NCBI GenBank assembly: GCA_964479875.1
Contig: CAYZNM010000006.1
Location: 4,565 to 68,564, forward strand
From: an uncultured Eubacteriales bacterium
Lineage (GTDB): Bacteria > Bacillota > Clostridia > Monoglobales > CAYZNM01
Reading direction: 5' to 3'
Length of the DNA stretch: 64,000 nt
How positions within the stretch are numbered: the first letter of the stretch is position 1; each line of letters begins with the position of its first letter. A program made the translations under genes and the position numbers. The notes under the pieces are model-generated. The model was not told the origin of the DNA. It searched no databases and saw only the letters and a list, made by a program, of their open reading frames with translations. Below are positions 26,553 to 36,428 of the stretch, in pieces.

Positions 26553-27392
26553 ATGATTAACATAAAACAAATGCAAACCGCGATGGCTGAGTACGGCTTA
26601 TCCTTCAACAAAGCCCTAGGGCAAAATTTCCTCACAAACAGGGAAACACTCGAGTTCATAGCAGAAACAAGCGGCATTACGCAAGACAGCGGCGTTATCG
26701 AAATAGGCGCGGGTCTAGGCACACTCACGCGAGTGCTTGCCGCGTTTTGCGCCCGCGTCGTATCGGTTGAAGTCGACAACGGACTTTATCGCTACCTAAG
26801 CGACAATGTTGCAAGCGACAGCATAACCATAATCAACGCCGACGCAACAAAGTTAAACTTCGGCGACGTCGCGCGGCAGTATCTGCCTGATATGCCGATA
26901 TATGTTGCGGCGAACCTCCCCTACTGCATAACGAGTGAGATTATTTTCAAGCTGCTGGAGGAATTGCCGCAGTGTCAGCGCATGACCTATATGGTGCAAA
27001 AGGAAGTCGCAGACAGACTAAAAGCTAAGCCCTCGACTAAAGCGTACGGCAGCCTATCCGTAGGCGTGCAATATCGCTGCGACGTAGAACTGGTGCGCCT
27101 AGTCGGCGCAGGGCAATTCTATCCGCCGCCCAAAGTAGGCTCGGCGATAATCACCCTCACGCGACACAACAGATACACCTGCGCAAACGAGCAACTTCTC
27201 CTTAAAATAATCCGCGCCGCATTCGGTCAGCGGCGCAAAACCCTAGCCAATGCAATAGCAAACAGCGGCATACTCGACATCCCCAAGGAAAAGCTGCAAG
27301 ATACGCTGCAATCGCTTTTCGGCAACGAATCAATCCGCGGCGAAGCCCTCCACATCAGCGACTTCATCAAACTAACCGACGCCCTATGCTAA
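26553..27392 (+). CDS. rsmA: 16S rRNA (adenine1518/1519-N6)-dimethyltransferase
   Basis: 279 aa. LGQNFL, VIEIGAGLGTLT and NLPY motifs of KsgA/RsmA. Confidence 0.95.
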   Translation: MINIKQMQTAMAEYGLSFNKALGQNFLTNRETLEFIAETSGITQDSGVIEIGAGLGTLTRVLAAFCARVVSVEVDNGLYRYLSDNVASDSITIINADATKLNFGDVARQYLPDMPIYVAANLPYCITSEIIFKLLEELPQCQRMTYMVQKEVADRLKAKPSTKAYGSLSVGVQYRCDVELVRLVGAGQFYPPPKVGSAIITLTRHNRYTCANEQLLLKIIRAAFGQRRKTLANAIANSGILDIPKEKLQDTLQSLFGNESIRGEALHISDFIKLTDALC

Positions 27393-28000
27393 ACTACAAA
27401 ACTGTAAACTTCGGCACAGCCGAGGAAACAATCAAACGCTCACGCTTTATTGCAAGCGTAGCAAACGTATGCGAGCAAGATGAAGCCTCACGCTTCATAG
27501 AGCAAGTCCGCGACCGCGAAAAAGGCGCAAGCTGCAACCCCTACGCCTATATCCTGCGCAAAGACAACTTCGCCAAGTATTCCGATGACGGCGAATTATC
27601 AGGCAGCGCAGGCTTGCCAATACTCGACGTACTAAAACGCGAGGGCTTAACCGACTGCTGCGTCGTCATCACACGCTATTACGGCGGCGTAAAGCTAGGC
27701 TCAGGCGGCCTGCTCCGCGCATTCGCGTCCACAGCAAAGTTAGGCATAGACGCAGCAGGAATCGTCAACAAAACATACTGCTTCCAAAACATCATCACAG
27801 TAGACTACAAGCTATATCAAATCGCAATCAACGAAATCAACAAAGTCGGCATAAACACAACAATCGATTACGGTGAGGACATCACAATCACAACCTACAT
27901 ACCCCACACATGCGGCGACATCACCGAAAAACTCACCGACGCAACCAACGGGAATGTAATCATTTTAAAGCAAAGTGAGGGCATATATATCAATGCGTAG
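27386..28000 (+). CDS. yigZ: YigZ/IMPACT-family protein
   Basis: 204 aa. KRSRFIASV...[16 protein letters not shown]...[17 protein letters not shown] is the UPF0029 signature. Confidence 0.88.
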   Translation: MLNYKTVNFGTAEETIKRSRFIASVANVCEQDEASRFIEQVRDREKGASCNPYAYILRKDNFAKYSDDGELSGSAGLPILDVLKREGLTDCCVVITRYYGGVKLGSGGLLRAFASTAKLGIDAAGIVNKTYCFQNIITVDYKLYQIAINEINKVGINTTIDYGEDITITTYIPHTCGDITEKLTDATNGNVIILKQSEGIYINA

Positions 28001-29645
28001 CGATATTGAAATTGCACAGGCGGCAAAAATGCTGCCCATTACCGAGGTTGCGGCAAAGCTTGGGATTGATGCCGACGATATGGAGCATTACGGCAAGTAT
28101 AAGGCGAAGCTGACTTGTGCTATAGATGAAAGCAAGAGCGGCAAGCTTATTCTTGTGACAGCAATAAATCCAACGCCTGCCGGCGAGGGTAAGACTACCA
28201 CCACAATCGGCTTAGGCGACGCATTGTCGCGTATCGGCAAAAAGACCGCACTTGCATTGCGCGAGCCGTCGTTAGGTCCTGTAATGGGGATAAAAGGCGG
28301 CGCGGCAGGCGGCGGCTATGCGCAAGTTGTGCCGATGGAGGATATAAACCTCCACTTCACAGGCGACATGCACGCAATCACAGCGGCGAACAATCTCCTT
28401 TCCGCAATGCTCGACAATCACATAAAGCAAGGCAACGAACTCAACATAGACATAAACAACATCACACACAAACGCTGCATGGACATGAACGACCGCTCGC
28501 TGCGTCAAACCGTAATAGGCTTAGGCGGAAGCGTCAACGGCATACCGCGCCAAGACGGCTTTATAATAACAGTGGCAAGCGAGGTTATGGCGATACTCTG
28601 TCTAGCCGCCGATATGCAGGATTTAAAGGCGCGGTTGTCGCGTATGATTGTTGCCTACGACATGAGCGGAAAGGCAATAACCGCCGCCGACCTGCAAGCA
28701 GTTGGCGCAATGGCGCTATTGCTAAAAGACGCAATCAAGCCTAACCTTGTGCAAACATTGGAAGGCACTCCCTGCGTAATGCACGGCGGTCCATTCGCAA
28801 ACATCGCTCACGGCTGCAACAGCATTACAGCGACAAAGCTTGCGCTTGCACATGCGGACTATGTTGTCACCGAAGCAGGCTTCGGCGCAGACTTAGGCGC
28901 GGAAAAATTCTTCGACATAGTATGCCGCTACGGCGAACTCACTCCCTCCTGCACTGTACTCGTAGCCACAATCCGCGCCCTAAAGTATAACGGCGGCGTA
29001 AAAAAGGAAAACTTAGGAACGGAGGACTTGCAAGCACTGCAACGCGGAATCGTAAACCTAGACGCACACATCGACAACCTACGCGGCTTCGGCATACCTG
29101 TAATCGTAAACCTCAACATCTTCGCAAGCGACACAGCAGCCGAGCGCGAATACATGCGCAACTACTGCCAAAGCAAGGGCATACCCTTCGCGGAAAACGA
29201 ATGCTTCGCCAAAGGAGGCGAAGGCGCAGTCGCACTTGCAGAGCAAGTAGTCGCAGCGTGCGACGCTCCCTCCGACTTCAAATACGTATACGCACTCGAC
29301 GCAACAATCGCCGAAAAAATTGACAAACTAGCAAGCACAATCTACGGCTGCCAAACAACCTACACACCCAAAGCCCTAAAACAAATAGACAAAATCAACA
29401 GCCTAGGCTACGGCAACCTGCCAATCTGCGTTGCAAAAACGCAATACAGCCTAACCGACAACCCAAGCCTGCTAGGACGTCCGCGCGGTCACACCATCAC
29501 AATACGCGAAGTCGAAATCAGCGCAGGCGCAGGCTTCATCGTCGTAATGGCAGGCGACATCATAAGAATGCCCGGGCTGCCCAAAAAACCATCAGCGCAA
29601 AACATCGACATACACGACGACGGCATCATCGTAGGATTATTCTAA
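27993..29645 (+). CDS. fhs: formate--tetrahydrofolate ligase
   Basis: [16 protein letters not shown]..., [15 protein letters not shown]. Canonical FTHFS. The start at 27993 overlaps the yigZ stop. Confidence 0.97.
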   Translation: MRSDIEIAQAAKMLPITEVAAKLGIDADDMEHYGKYKAKLTCAIDESKSGKLILVTAINPTPAGEGKTTTTIGLGDALSRIGKKTALALREPSLGPVMGIKGGAAGGGYAQVVPMEDINLHFTGDMHAITAANNLLSAMLDNHIKQGNELNIDINNITHKRCMDMNDRSLRQTVIGLGGSVNGIPRQDGFIITVASEVMAILCLAADMQDLKARLSRMIVAYDMSGKAITAADLQAVGAMALLLKDAIKPNLVQTLEGTPCVMHGGPFANIAHGCNSITATKLALAHADYVVTEAGFGADLGAEKFFDIVCRYGELTPSCTVLVATIRALKYNGGVKKENLGTEDLQALQRGIVNLDAHIDNLRGFGIPVIVNLNIFASDTAAEREYMRNYCQSKGIPFAENECFAKGGEGAVALAEQVVAACDAPSDFKYVYALDATIAEKIDKLASTIYGCQTTYTPKALKQIDKINSLGYGNLPICVAKTQYSLTDNPSLLGRPRGHTITIREVEISAGAGFIVVMAGDIIRMPGLPKKPSAQNIDIHDDGIIVGLF

Positions 29646-29646
29646 T

Positions 29647-30060
29647 ATGAAAAACTTTATCACAAGAAACGGTCGCGAAACCTTCGACATAGGCTTCAAC
29701 CTAGCGCGAACGCTTTCCGGCGGCAGCGTAGTAGCCCTAAGCGGCAAAATAGGCGCAGGCAAAACCACGCTAATCCAAGGCATAGCTGCCTACTTCGGAA
29801 TCGACGACATCTCCAGCCCCACCTTCACAATCATACACGAATACGACAGCTCCCCCCCAATCTACCACATCGACGCCTATCGAATCGGCGACAAAGTTCA
29901 CGACCGCGACCTACTAGCCGACTACATGAGCGACGAAGCGATAACCCTAATCGAATGGGCAGACAACGTAAGCCAAATCCTGCCCCCCGGAGCAATCACA
30001 ATCGAAATCGAATACATCGACGAAACAACTCGCCGCATTTCCACGTCAAACAATATGTAG
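29647..30060 (+). CDS. tsaE: tRNA t6A biosynthesis ATPase TsaE
   Basis: 137 aa. Walker A GKIGAGKTTLIQG, SPTFTIIHEY, HIDAYR and IEWAD motifs. Confidence 0.92.
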   Translation: MKNFITRNGRETFDIGFNLARTLSGGSVVALSGKIGAGKTTLIQGIAAYFGIDDISSPTFTIIHEYDSSPPIYHIDAYRIGDKVHDRDLLADYMSDEAITLIEWADNVSQILPPGAITIEIEYIDETTRRISTSNNM

Positions 30061-30121
30061 GGATGGGGTTTCCAAACAAGATTTTCGGCAATAATTTAAT
30101 CAGTTGCAAGAGGAGGTTCTT

Positions 30122-30469
30122 ATGCACACAAAAATAGAAAACAGCAACGGCTCAATTTTCATCTCGCTAAACGCGATAGCGCAAATCGCATCCGACGTAG
30201 TATCGCGCTGCTTCGGCGTAGTAGGCTTAGCACAGGGTAAAATTGACGGCATAGCAAAACGCCTAAAAGGCGAAACTACCGAAAACGGCATACGCGTTTT
30301 CGCAGCAAAAGAAGGCCTGACCATCGAACTAAGCGTAATAAGCGAATACGGAGTAAACATAAAAGAAATGTCAGCAAGCATAATCAACAACGTAAAATAC
30401 TCCGTAGAAAATCAAACAGGCTTCAGCGTAACACAAGTACGTGTAAACGTAGACGGAATAAGAATTTAA
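30122..30469 (+). CDS. Asp23/Gls24-family envelope stress protein (YloU-like)
   Basis: AGAGGAGG RBS and ATG at 30122. The pattern IAQIASDVVSRCFGVVGL... plus its position upstream of the DAK2 protein and recG match yloU. Confidence 0.88.
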   Translation: MHTKIENSNGSIFISLNAIAQIASDVVSRCFGVVGLAQGKIDGIAKRLKGETTENGIRVFAAKEGLTIELSVISEYGVNIKEMSASIINNVKYSVENQTGFSVTQVRVNVDGIRI

Positions 30470-30471
30470 CT

Positions 30472-30572
30472 AAAAGTGAAGAGTGAAAAATGAAAAGTGA
30501 AAAGTTAAAAACAAAGGATTAAAGCGAATACGCTTTTATAACTCTTCACTTTTCGCTCTTCACTTTTCACTT
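30472..30572. repeat. heptamer-armed hairpin enclosing a mini-terminator
   Basis: The left arm is tandem 7-mers AGTGAAG AGTGAAA AATGAAA AGTGAAA (30472-30507). Central hairpin AAAGCG-AATA-CGCTTTT (30521-30537). The right arm is the imperfect reverse complement (30541-30572). Confidence 0.75.
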
Positions 30573-30589
30573 AATAAAGGGGTGACGAA

Positions 30590-32182
30590 TTGACAGAGAT
30601 AAACGGCAAGCTGCTTATGTTTATGGTTAAAAACGCCGCCGCAAACTTGGACAACCGCAAGGCGGAGATTGATGCGCTCAATGTATTCCCTGTTCCGGAC
30701 GGCGATACAGGTACAAACATGGCAATGACGCTTAACACAGCGTATTCGCACGTGCGCGATTATGAAGCGGCAGGTACAGGCGATTTGCTTGAGAAGGTAG
30801 CGGCTGCATCACTTCGCGGAGCGCGCGGAAACAGCGGCGTTATACTGTCGCAGCTTTTCCGAGGACTTGCGAAAAACCTTAGCGGCAGCAAAACTATTAC
30901 GACTTCAAAGCTTGCCTACGCCTTAAAGGAAGGCAGCGAAACTATATATAAAGCCGTGATGAAGCCTACCGAGGGCACGATGCTTACGGTGGTGCGCGAG
31001 GTCGCGGACTGTGCGATAAAGTACGCTCGCGAGTGCAGCGAAATAGTGTCTTTCCTGCAATATTTGCACGACAGGGCAATCGTAAGCTTGAACAACACGC
31101 CGAACCTCCTACCTATACTAAAGCAAGCAAACGTCGTAGACGCAGGCGGCGCAGGAATAGTCGCGATACTGCAAGGCTTCGCCAAAGCCGCGGCCGGCGA
31201 GGAAATCGCATACTCCAACATGACGCATGTGGTTGAGAAGCGCGCAGTCAACGCCGACATCAAGTACATCTACTGCACGGAGCTGCTCATCTTCAAATAC
31301 AGCCCCAACGCAAGCGCATTGCCTTTCCGTCAAGCAATAGACGAGGATTGCGACTCCCTTCTCGTAATCGACGACGGCGACATCGTAAAGGTGCATATCC
31401 ACACCAACAATCCCGGACAGGTGCTAATCCACGCGTCGCGCCTAGGCGAAATGTCCAACATAAAAATCGACAACATGAAGGAGCAGCATAACGAAAAGTT
31501 GTTCGTCGCCGAACCGCAGAAGCGCTACGGCATAGTTGCAGTAGCAAACGGCGAGGGTCTGCACGACATATTCCTCAAAATGGGCGTGGACTTCGTGGTG
31601 GACGGAGGTCAAAGCTCCAACCCTTCAACCGAGGACATACGCAAAGCCGTTGAGTGCGTGAGCGCGTCTGAAATATTCATACTTCCTTGCAACAAGAACA
31701 TAATCACGACAGCGCGGCAAGTCGCAAGCCTCACCAAAAAGAAGGTGCACGTAATAAACGCGTCCACAATTCCGCAAGGCATCAGCGCGATACTAGCCTT
31801 CAACCCAGACGCCGAAACAGAAGAAAACCTTGAAGCAATGCAATCATCCCTGTCAGAAGTGAAATCAGGCAGCATAACACATGCGCACCGCAACTCCGTT
31901 TTCGGACGTCAGCGCATAGCGAAAGGCGACGTGCTCGGGCTAAACGAAGGCAGCATAAACGTAGTAGGCAAGGACGTACACGCCGCGGCGATTGACTTAA
32001 TCGCAGACATGCAAGCGGCGGACGACGACTGCGCCGCGATAACTCTGTACTACGGCTGCGACGTATCTGCCGAAGATGCCGAAAATTTGGCAAAAGAGCT
32101 GATGGAGATTTACCCTGACAGCGACATATTCTGCTACAACGGCGGACAACCGATTTACGACTACATCATCTCGATAGAGTAA
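30590..32182 (+). CDS. DAK2 domain-containing protein (YloV-like)
   Basis: 530 aa, TTG start. N-terminal DAK2 motif NVFPVPDGDTGTNM plus a DegV-like C-terminal half. Conserved yloU-yloV-recG order. Confidence 0.9.
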   Translation: MTEINGKLLMFMVKNAAANLDNRKAEIDALNVFPVPDGDTGTNMAMTLNTAYSHVRDYEAAGTGDLLEKVAAASLRGARGNSGVILSQLFRGLAKNLSGSKTITTSKLAYALKEGSETIYKAVMKPTEGTMLTVVREVADCAIKYARECSEIVSFLQYLHDRAIVSLNNTPNLLPILKQANVVDAGGAGIVAILQGFAKAAAGEEIAYSNMTHVVEKRAVNADIKYIYCTELLIFKYSPNASALPFRQAIDEDCDSLLVIDDGDIVKVHIHTNNPGQVLIHASRLGEMSNIKIDNMKEQHNEKLFVAEPQKRYGIVAVANGEGLHDIFLKMGVDFVVDGGQSSNPSTEDIRKAVECVSASEIFILPCNKNIITTARQVASLTKKKVHVINASTIPQGISAILAFNPDAETEENLEAMQSSLSEVKSGSITHAHRNSVFGRQRIAKGDVLGLNEGSINVVGKDVHAAAIDLIADMQAADDDCAAITLYYGCDVSAEDAENLAKELMEIYPDSDIFCYNGGQPIYDYIISIE

Positions 32183-32208
32183 GAGTAATGTCATATTGAA
32201 ATACACGC

Positions 32209-32232
32209 GGGCGGATAATATCCGCCCCTACA
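32209..32232. repeat. REP-like hairpin GGGCGGATAATATCCGCCCCTACA
   Basis: Read directly. It probably also terminates the yloV-like gene. Confidence 0.7.
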
Positions 32233-32245
32233 TATGGGGAAATTT

Positions 32246-34198
32246 ATGCTGCACGATGAAATAGACACCCTCGAAGGAGTGAAGGAAAAGCGCAAGAAGC
32301 TGCTGTCAAAGCTTGGCATTAACACCGTGATGGATTTGCTGAACCACTTTCCGCGTGGATACGAGGACAGGTCAAAGTACAAGCTCGTGTTCGAGGTGCA
32401 AGACGGTGAAACCGTAAGCCTTGCCGTGACTGCGATGCATAAGCCTACCACCTACACGATGGCAGGCAAAGGCTTTCGCACAGTCCAGCGCGTAAAAGCC
32501 GCCGACAATTCAGGCATTATCACGCTGACGTGGTTCAACCAGCGGCACATTGCCGCAAGCATAAGCGAAGGCGACAGCTTGCTAGTCTACGGAAAAGCCA
32601 AAGTCACATCGACCGAACGCTCAATAATCACCCCTGCCTACGAAAAAGTGTCGCAGCCAAAGCTTATGGGGCGAATCGTGCCCACATATCCACTCACCTC
32701 CGGCGTAACGCAAAATATCCTACGCAACCTCACGCTGCGACTAATCGAAAGCGACTATCTAAACGAAGTCGAGGAAATACTGCCGCCCGAAGTTATAACG
32801 CACTTCAACCTAACCCCAATCGCGGAAGCATACAAAAACATACACTATCCAACGGACGAAGCCGCCCTCGAATCAGCGCGGCACAATCTAATCTTCCGCG
32901 AGTTATACATGCTTTACGCAGGAATCATGCTGAACGCAGACAAGCCGCGTCCTGCGAGTACGCCAATGCCAAGCTGCGCAATGCTGCGCGGCTTTTGTAC
33001 ATCTCTGCCGTTTTCGCTTACGAAGCCGCAGATTAACGCGATAAACGAAATCCGCCTGTCTATGGCGTGCGACACGCAGATGAATCGGCTGCTGCAAGGC
33101 GATGTAGGCTCGGGCAAAACTGTAGTCGCCGCCGCCGCAATGCTAGTCGCGCACGAAAACGGCGCACAAAGCGCAATCATGGCGCCCACCGAAATCCTAG
33201 CCGCGCAGCACTACGAATCCCTCACCGAGCTATACAAAGGCTATGACATCAAGCTGACCCTACTAACAGGCAGCCTCTCTGCAAGAGAAAAAAAGCAAGC
33301 CATAGCGGCAATCGCAAGCGGCGACACGCAGATAGCAGTCGGCACGCACGCAATCTTTCAGCAGCATGTAGAATTTCAAAACCTCGGCCTGGCAGTCCTC
33401 GACGAGCAACATCGCTTCGGCGTACTGCAACGCGAAGCCCTAGCTCAAAAAGGCAGCAACCCCCACATCCTCAACATGTCCGCAACCCCAATCCCGCGTT
33501 CCCTCGCGCTAGTGCTATACGCAGACATGGACATCTCCGTCATAAACCAAATGCCAATCGGCCGCAAGCCAATCAAAACATATGTAGTAAACCAAGATTA
33601 CCGAAAACGCATATACAACTTCCTGCTAGAGCAAATAAGACAAGGTCATCAAGCCTACATCGTCTGCCCCCTAGTCGAAGAAAACGACGACACCGAACTA
33701 AACAGCGTAAAAACCTACACCAAAAACCTAAAGCAGCAGCTAAACAAAAACATCGAGCTGCTCCACGGCAAGCTCCCTGCCAAAGAAAAAGACAGCATAA
33801 TGCAACGCTTCCTTGCGCGCGACATAGACATTCTCGTGTCCACAACAGTAATCGAGGTAGGCGTAAATGTTCCAAACGCCACTGTAATGGTTGTAGAGGA
33901 CGGCGACAGATTCGGCTTATCGCAGCTGCACCAGCTTCGTGGCCGAGTAGGTAGAAGCAGCACACAATCCTACTGCATAATCGTCACCGACACCAAAAGC
34001 GAAAAATCCAAAAGCAGGCTAGATTTCTTCAAGTCCACCACCGACGGCTTCGCCCTAGCCGAATACGACCTACAAGCGCGCGGCGCAGGCGACTTATTCG
34101 GCACAAAGCAGCACGGCTTGCCAACGCTGCGAATCGCAAACCTCTACCGCGATTTCGATATTTTACAGAAAATCAAAGAATATTTACAAACTATGTAG
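32246..34198 (+). CDS. recG: ATP-dependent DNA helicase RecG
   Basis: LLNHFPRGYEDR wedge region, Walker A GDVGSGKT, DEQHRFG. The ATG at 32246 has a GGGGA RBS. The track start at 32234 abuts the REP hairpin. Confidence 0.95.
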   Translation: MLHDEIDTLEGVKEKRKKLLSKLGINTVMDLLNHFPRGYEDRSKYKLVFEVQDGETVSLAVTAMHKPTTYTMAGKGFRTVQRVKAADNSGIITLTWFNQRHIAASISEGDSLLVYGKAKVTSTERSIITPAYEKVSQPKLMGRIVPTYPLTSGVTQNILRNLTLRLIESDYLNEVEEILPPEVITHFNLTPIAEAYKNIHYPTDEAALESARHNLIFRELYMLYAGIMLNADKPRPASTPMPSCAMLRGFCTSLPFSLTKPQINAINEIRLSMACDTQMNRLLQGDVGSGKTVVAAAAMLVAHENGAQSAIMAPTEILAAQHYESLTELYKGYDIKLTLLTGSLSAREKKQAIAAIASGDTQIAVGTHAIFQQHVEFQNLGLAVLDEQHRFGVLQREALAQKGSNPHILNMSATPIPRSLALVLYADMDISVINQMPIGRKPIKTYVVNQDYRKRIYNFLLEQIRQGHQAYIVCPLVEENDDTELNSVKTYTKNLKQQLNKNIELLHGKLPAKEKDSIMQRFLARDIDILVSTTVIEVGVNVPNATVMVVEDGDRFGLSQLHQLRGRVGRSSTQSYCIIVTDTKSEKSKSRLDFFKSTTDGFALAEYDLQARGAGDLFGTKQHGLPTLRIANLYRDFDILQKIKEYLQTM

Positions 34199-34282
34199 GG
34201 TTCGCATTCATGCGAACCGTTGTTACAATATCAACACGTTAATATCGTTGGGATTCCGGAACGCATAAATGCGTTCCCTACG
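34194..34282. terminator. double-hairpin REP-like bidirectional terminator between convergent recG and topA
   Basis: TGTAGGG-TTCGCATTCATGCGAA-CC ... GGAACGCATAAATGCGTTCC-CTACG. The recG TAG stop lies in the left outer arm and the topA stop (CTA on the plus strand) lies in the right outer arm. Confidence 0.7.
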
Positions 34283-36377
34283 ATTTCTTCCCGCATTCCT
34301 TATTGCTGCAACGCTGCGTTTCCTTGCCTTTGGCTTTGTACACCACCATAGGGGATTTGCATTTTTCGCAGAGCTTGCCCGAGGGCATATCCCATGTCAT
34401 CAATGGGCAGCCGCCTTCTTCTGTGTGATTCTCGCACACGTAGTACAGCCTGCTTTTTTTAGTCTTGCGTTCGACTACTCTCGCGCCGCATATGGGGCAG
34501 GGGGTGTCGATGAATTTAAGTATCGGCTTGGCGTTGCGGCATTCAGGGTAGCCGGGGCAGGCTAGGAATTTGCCGTATTTGCTCATCTTGTACACCATGA
34601 GCCTGCCGCATTTGTCGCACTCTACGTCGCTTACTTCGTCCTTTATGGTAATTTCAGCCATCTCAACTTGCGCCTTTGACAGCACTTCGTGGAAGGGTTT
34701 GTAGAATTCGTCGACGATGTGACGCCATGTGTCAGTGCCGTCTTCTATGCAGTCGAGCTGCTCCTCTAGGTTCGCAGTGAAGTGTACGTCCACGTATTCG
34801 GCGAAAAAGCGCACCATGAGGTCGGTGACGATTTTGCCGAGCTCGGTCGGGGTCAGAATCTTGCCCTTGCTTTTGGTGACGTAGCCGCGCGAGATTATCG
34901 TGGTGATTATTGGCGCATAGGTGGAAGGGCGGCCGATTCCTTCTTCTTCCAGCGTCTTTATTAGTGTGGCTTCGGTGTATTGGGGAGGCGGCTCGGTGAA
35001 GTGCTGCTTTTCGGCGATGTCCAGTAGCTTTAGCTCTGTGCCTTCGGGCAAGGCTTCGGGCATGTCATCTTTTTTCTTTTTGGGGTCGGCGTAGACTTTT
35101 AGGAAGCCGTCGAATTTTATAGCAGAGCCTGTCGCCCTGAAGATGTAGCCGTTGGCAGTTATATCCATGCTCACCGTGTCGTAAATAGCGTTTTGCATTT
35201 GCGACGCGACAAATCGTTCCCATATCATTTTGTACAGCTTATATTGCTCGGGCGAAAGTGAAGCCTTGGCGCGGTCGGGGGTGATTGCTACGTCGGTGGG
35301 GCGAATTGCTTCGTGCGCGTCTTGGGTATTCTTTTTCGCTTTGTATTCGCGTTTTTCGGCGATTGCGTAGTTGCCACCGATTTCGGTCGTGATGTAGTCG
35401 CGTGCGGCGGAAAATGCGTCGTCGGAAATTCGCAGGGAGTCGGTGCGCATGTAGGTGATAAGTCCGACTGCGCCTACTCCTGTGACGTTCACGCCCTCGT
35501 ACAATTGCTGCGCAATTGCCATGGTGCGGCGGGTGTCAAAGCTTAGCTTGTTGGATGCGTCCTGCTGCAATGTGCTTGTTGTATATGGAGTTGGCGCAGA
35601 GCGTGTCTTTTCTCCCACCTTGGTTTTGGTCACAACAAATTTTGCGCCCTTTATCGCAGCAAGCACTTTTCGCACATCAGCAAGTCTTACGTCAGATTCG
35701 CCCTTCATGCCTTCCTTGGAGCGCAGCTCAATCTTGCCGTTGCTGTCACCGAAAAATTCTGCGATATATTTCTTCTTTTTATGTTCAAGCTGCGCAGTTA
35801 TCGTGAAGTATTCTACGGGCGCAAATGCGTCAATCGCATTCTGCCTATCTACGATAATGCGCGTCGCCACGCTTTGCACTCTGCCTGCGGAAAGTCCGCG
35901 CTTCACCTTTTCCCACAGCAGGGGGCTTATCTTGTAGCCCACGATTCTGTCGAGTATGCGCCGCGCAACTTGCGCGTCAACCTTATCCATATCGATTGGA
36001 CGCGGCTCTTTTATCGCGTTCTTCACCGCCGTCTTGGTAATCTCGTTAAACGTAATGCGGCATTGGTCGCTGCTGTCTATTCCTAAGTATTCGGCTAAGT
36101 GCCACGATATAGCTTCACCCTCGCGGTCAGGGTCGGTCGCAAGGAATACTTTTTTCGCATTCTTCGCATTCTTCTTCAAAGCTTGCAGCACATCACCTTT
36201 GCCGCGAATTGTAATGTAGCGCGGCTCATAATTCTGCTCGACGTCCACGCCGAACGAACTCTTGGGCAAATCCCGTATATGCCCCATGCTTGCAAGCACC
36301 TGATAATTCTTGCCTAAGTATTTTTTTATAGTGGAAGCCTTTGCCGGCGACTCCACTATAACCAGATAATCACTCAT
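34278..36377 (-). CDS. topA: DNA topoisomerase I
   Basis: MSDYLVIVESPAKA (TOPRIM), active-site region YMRTDS and C-terminal CxxC zinc ribbons. GAGGGAG RBS before the ATG at 36377. Confidence 0.97.
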   Translation of the reverse strand: MSDYLVIVESPAKASTIKKYLGKNYQVLASMGHIRDLPKSSFGVDVEQNYEPRYITIRGKGDVLQALKKNAKNAKKVFLATDPDREGEAISWHLAEYLGIDSSDQCRITFNEITKTAVKNAIKEPRPIDMDKVDAQVARRILDRIVGYKISPLLWEKVKRGLSAGRVQSVATRIIVDRQNAIDAFAPVEYFTITAQLEHKKKKYIAEFFGDSNGKIELRSKEGMKGESDVRLADVRKVLAAIKGAKFVVTKTKVGEKTRSAPTPYTTSTLQQDASNKLSFDTRRTMAIAQQLYEGVNVTGVGAVGLITYMRTDSLRISDDAFSAARDYITTEIGGNYAIAEKREYKAKKNTQDAHEAIRPTDVAITPDRAKASLSPEQYKLYKMIWERFVASQMQNAIYDTVSMDITANGYIFRATGSAIKFDGFLKVYADPKKKKDDMPEALPEGTELKLLDIAEKQHFTEPPPQYTEATLIKTLEEEGIGRPSTYAPIITTIISRGYVTKSKGKILTPTELGKIVTDLMVRFFAEYVDVHFTANLEEQLDCIEDGTDTWRHIVDEFYKPFHEVLSKAQVEMAEITIKDEVSDVECDKCGRLMVYKMSKYGKFLACPGYPECRNAKPILKFIDTPCPICGARVVERKTKKSRLYYVCENHTEEGGCPLMTWDMPSGKLCEKCKSPMVVYKAKGKETQRCSNKECGKKS

Positions 36378-36428
36378 TAACTCCCTCACTTTGCGCCGCG
36401 GCTGCGCGGCTGACGTAAACAGGGCGCA

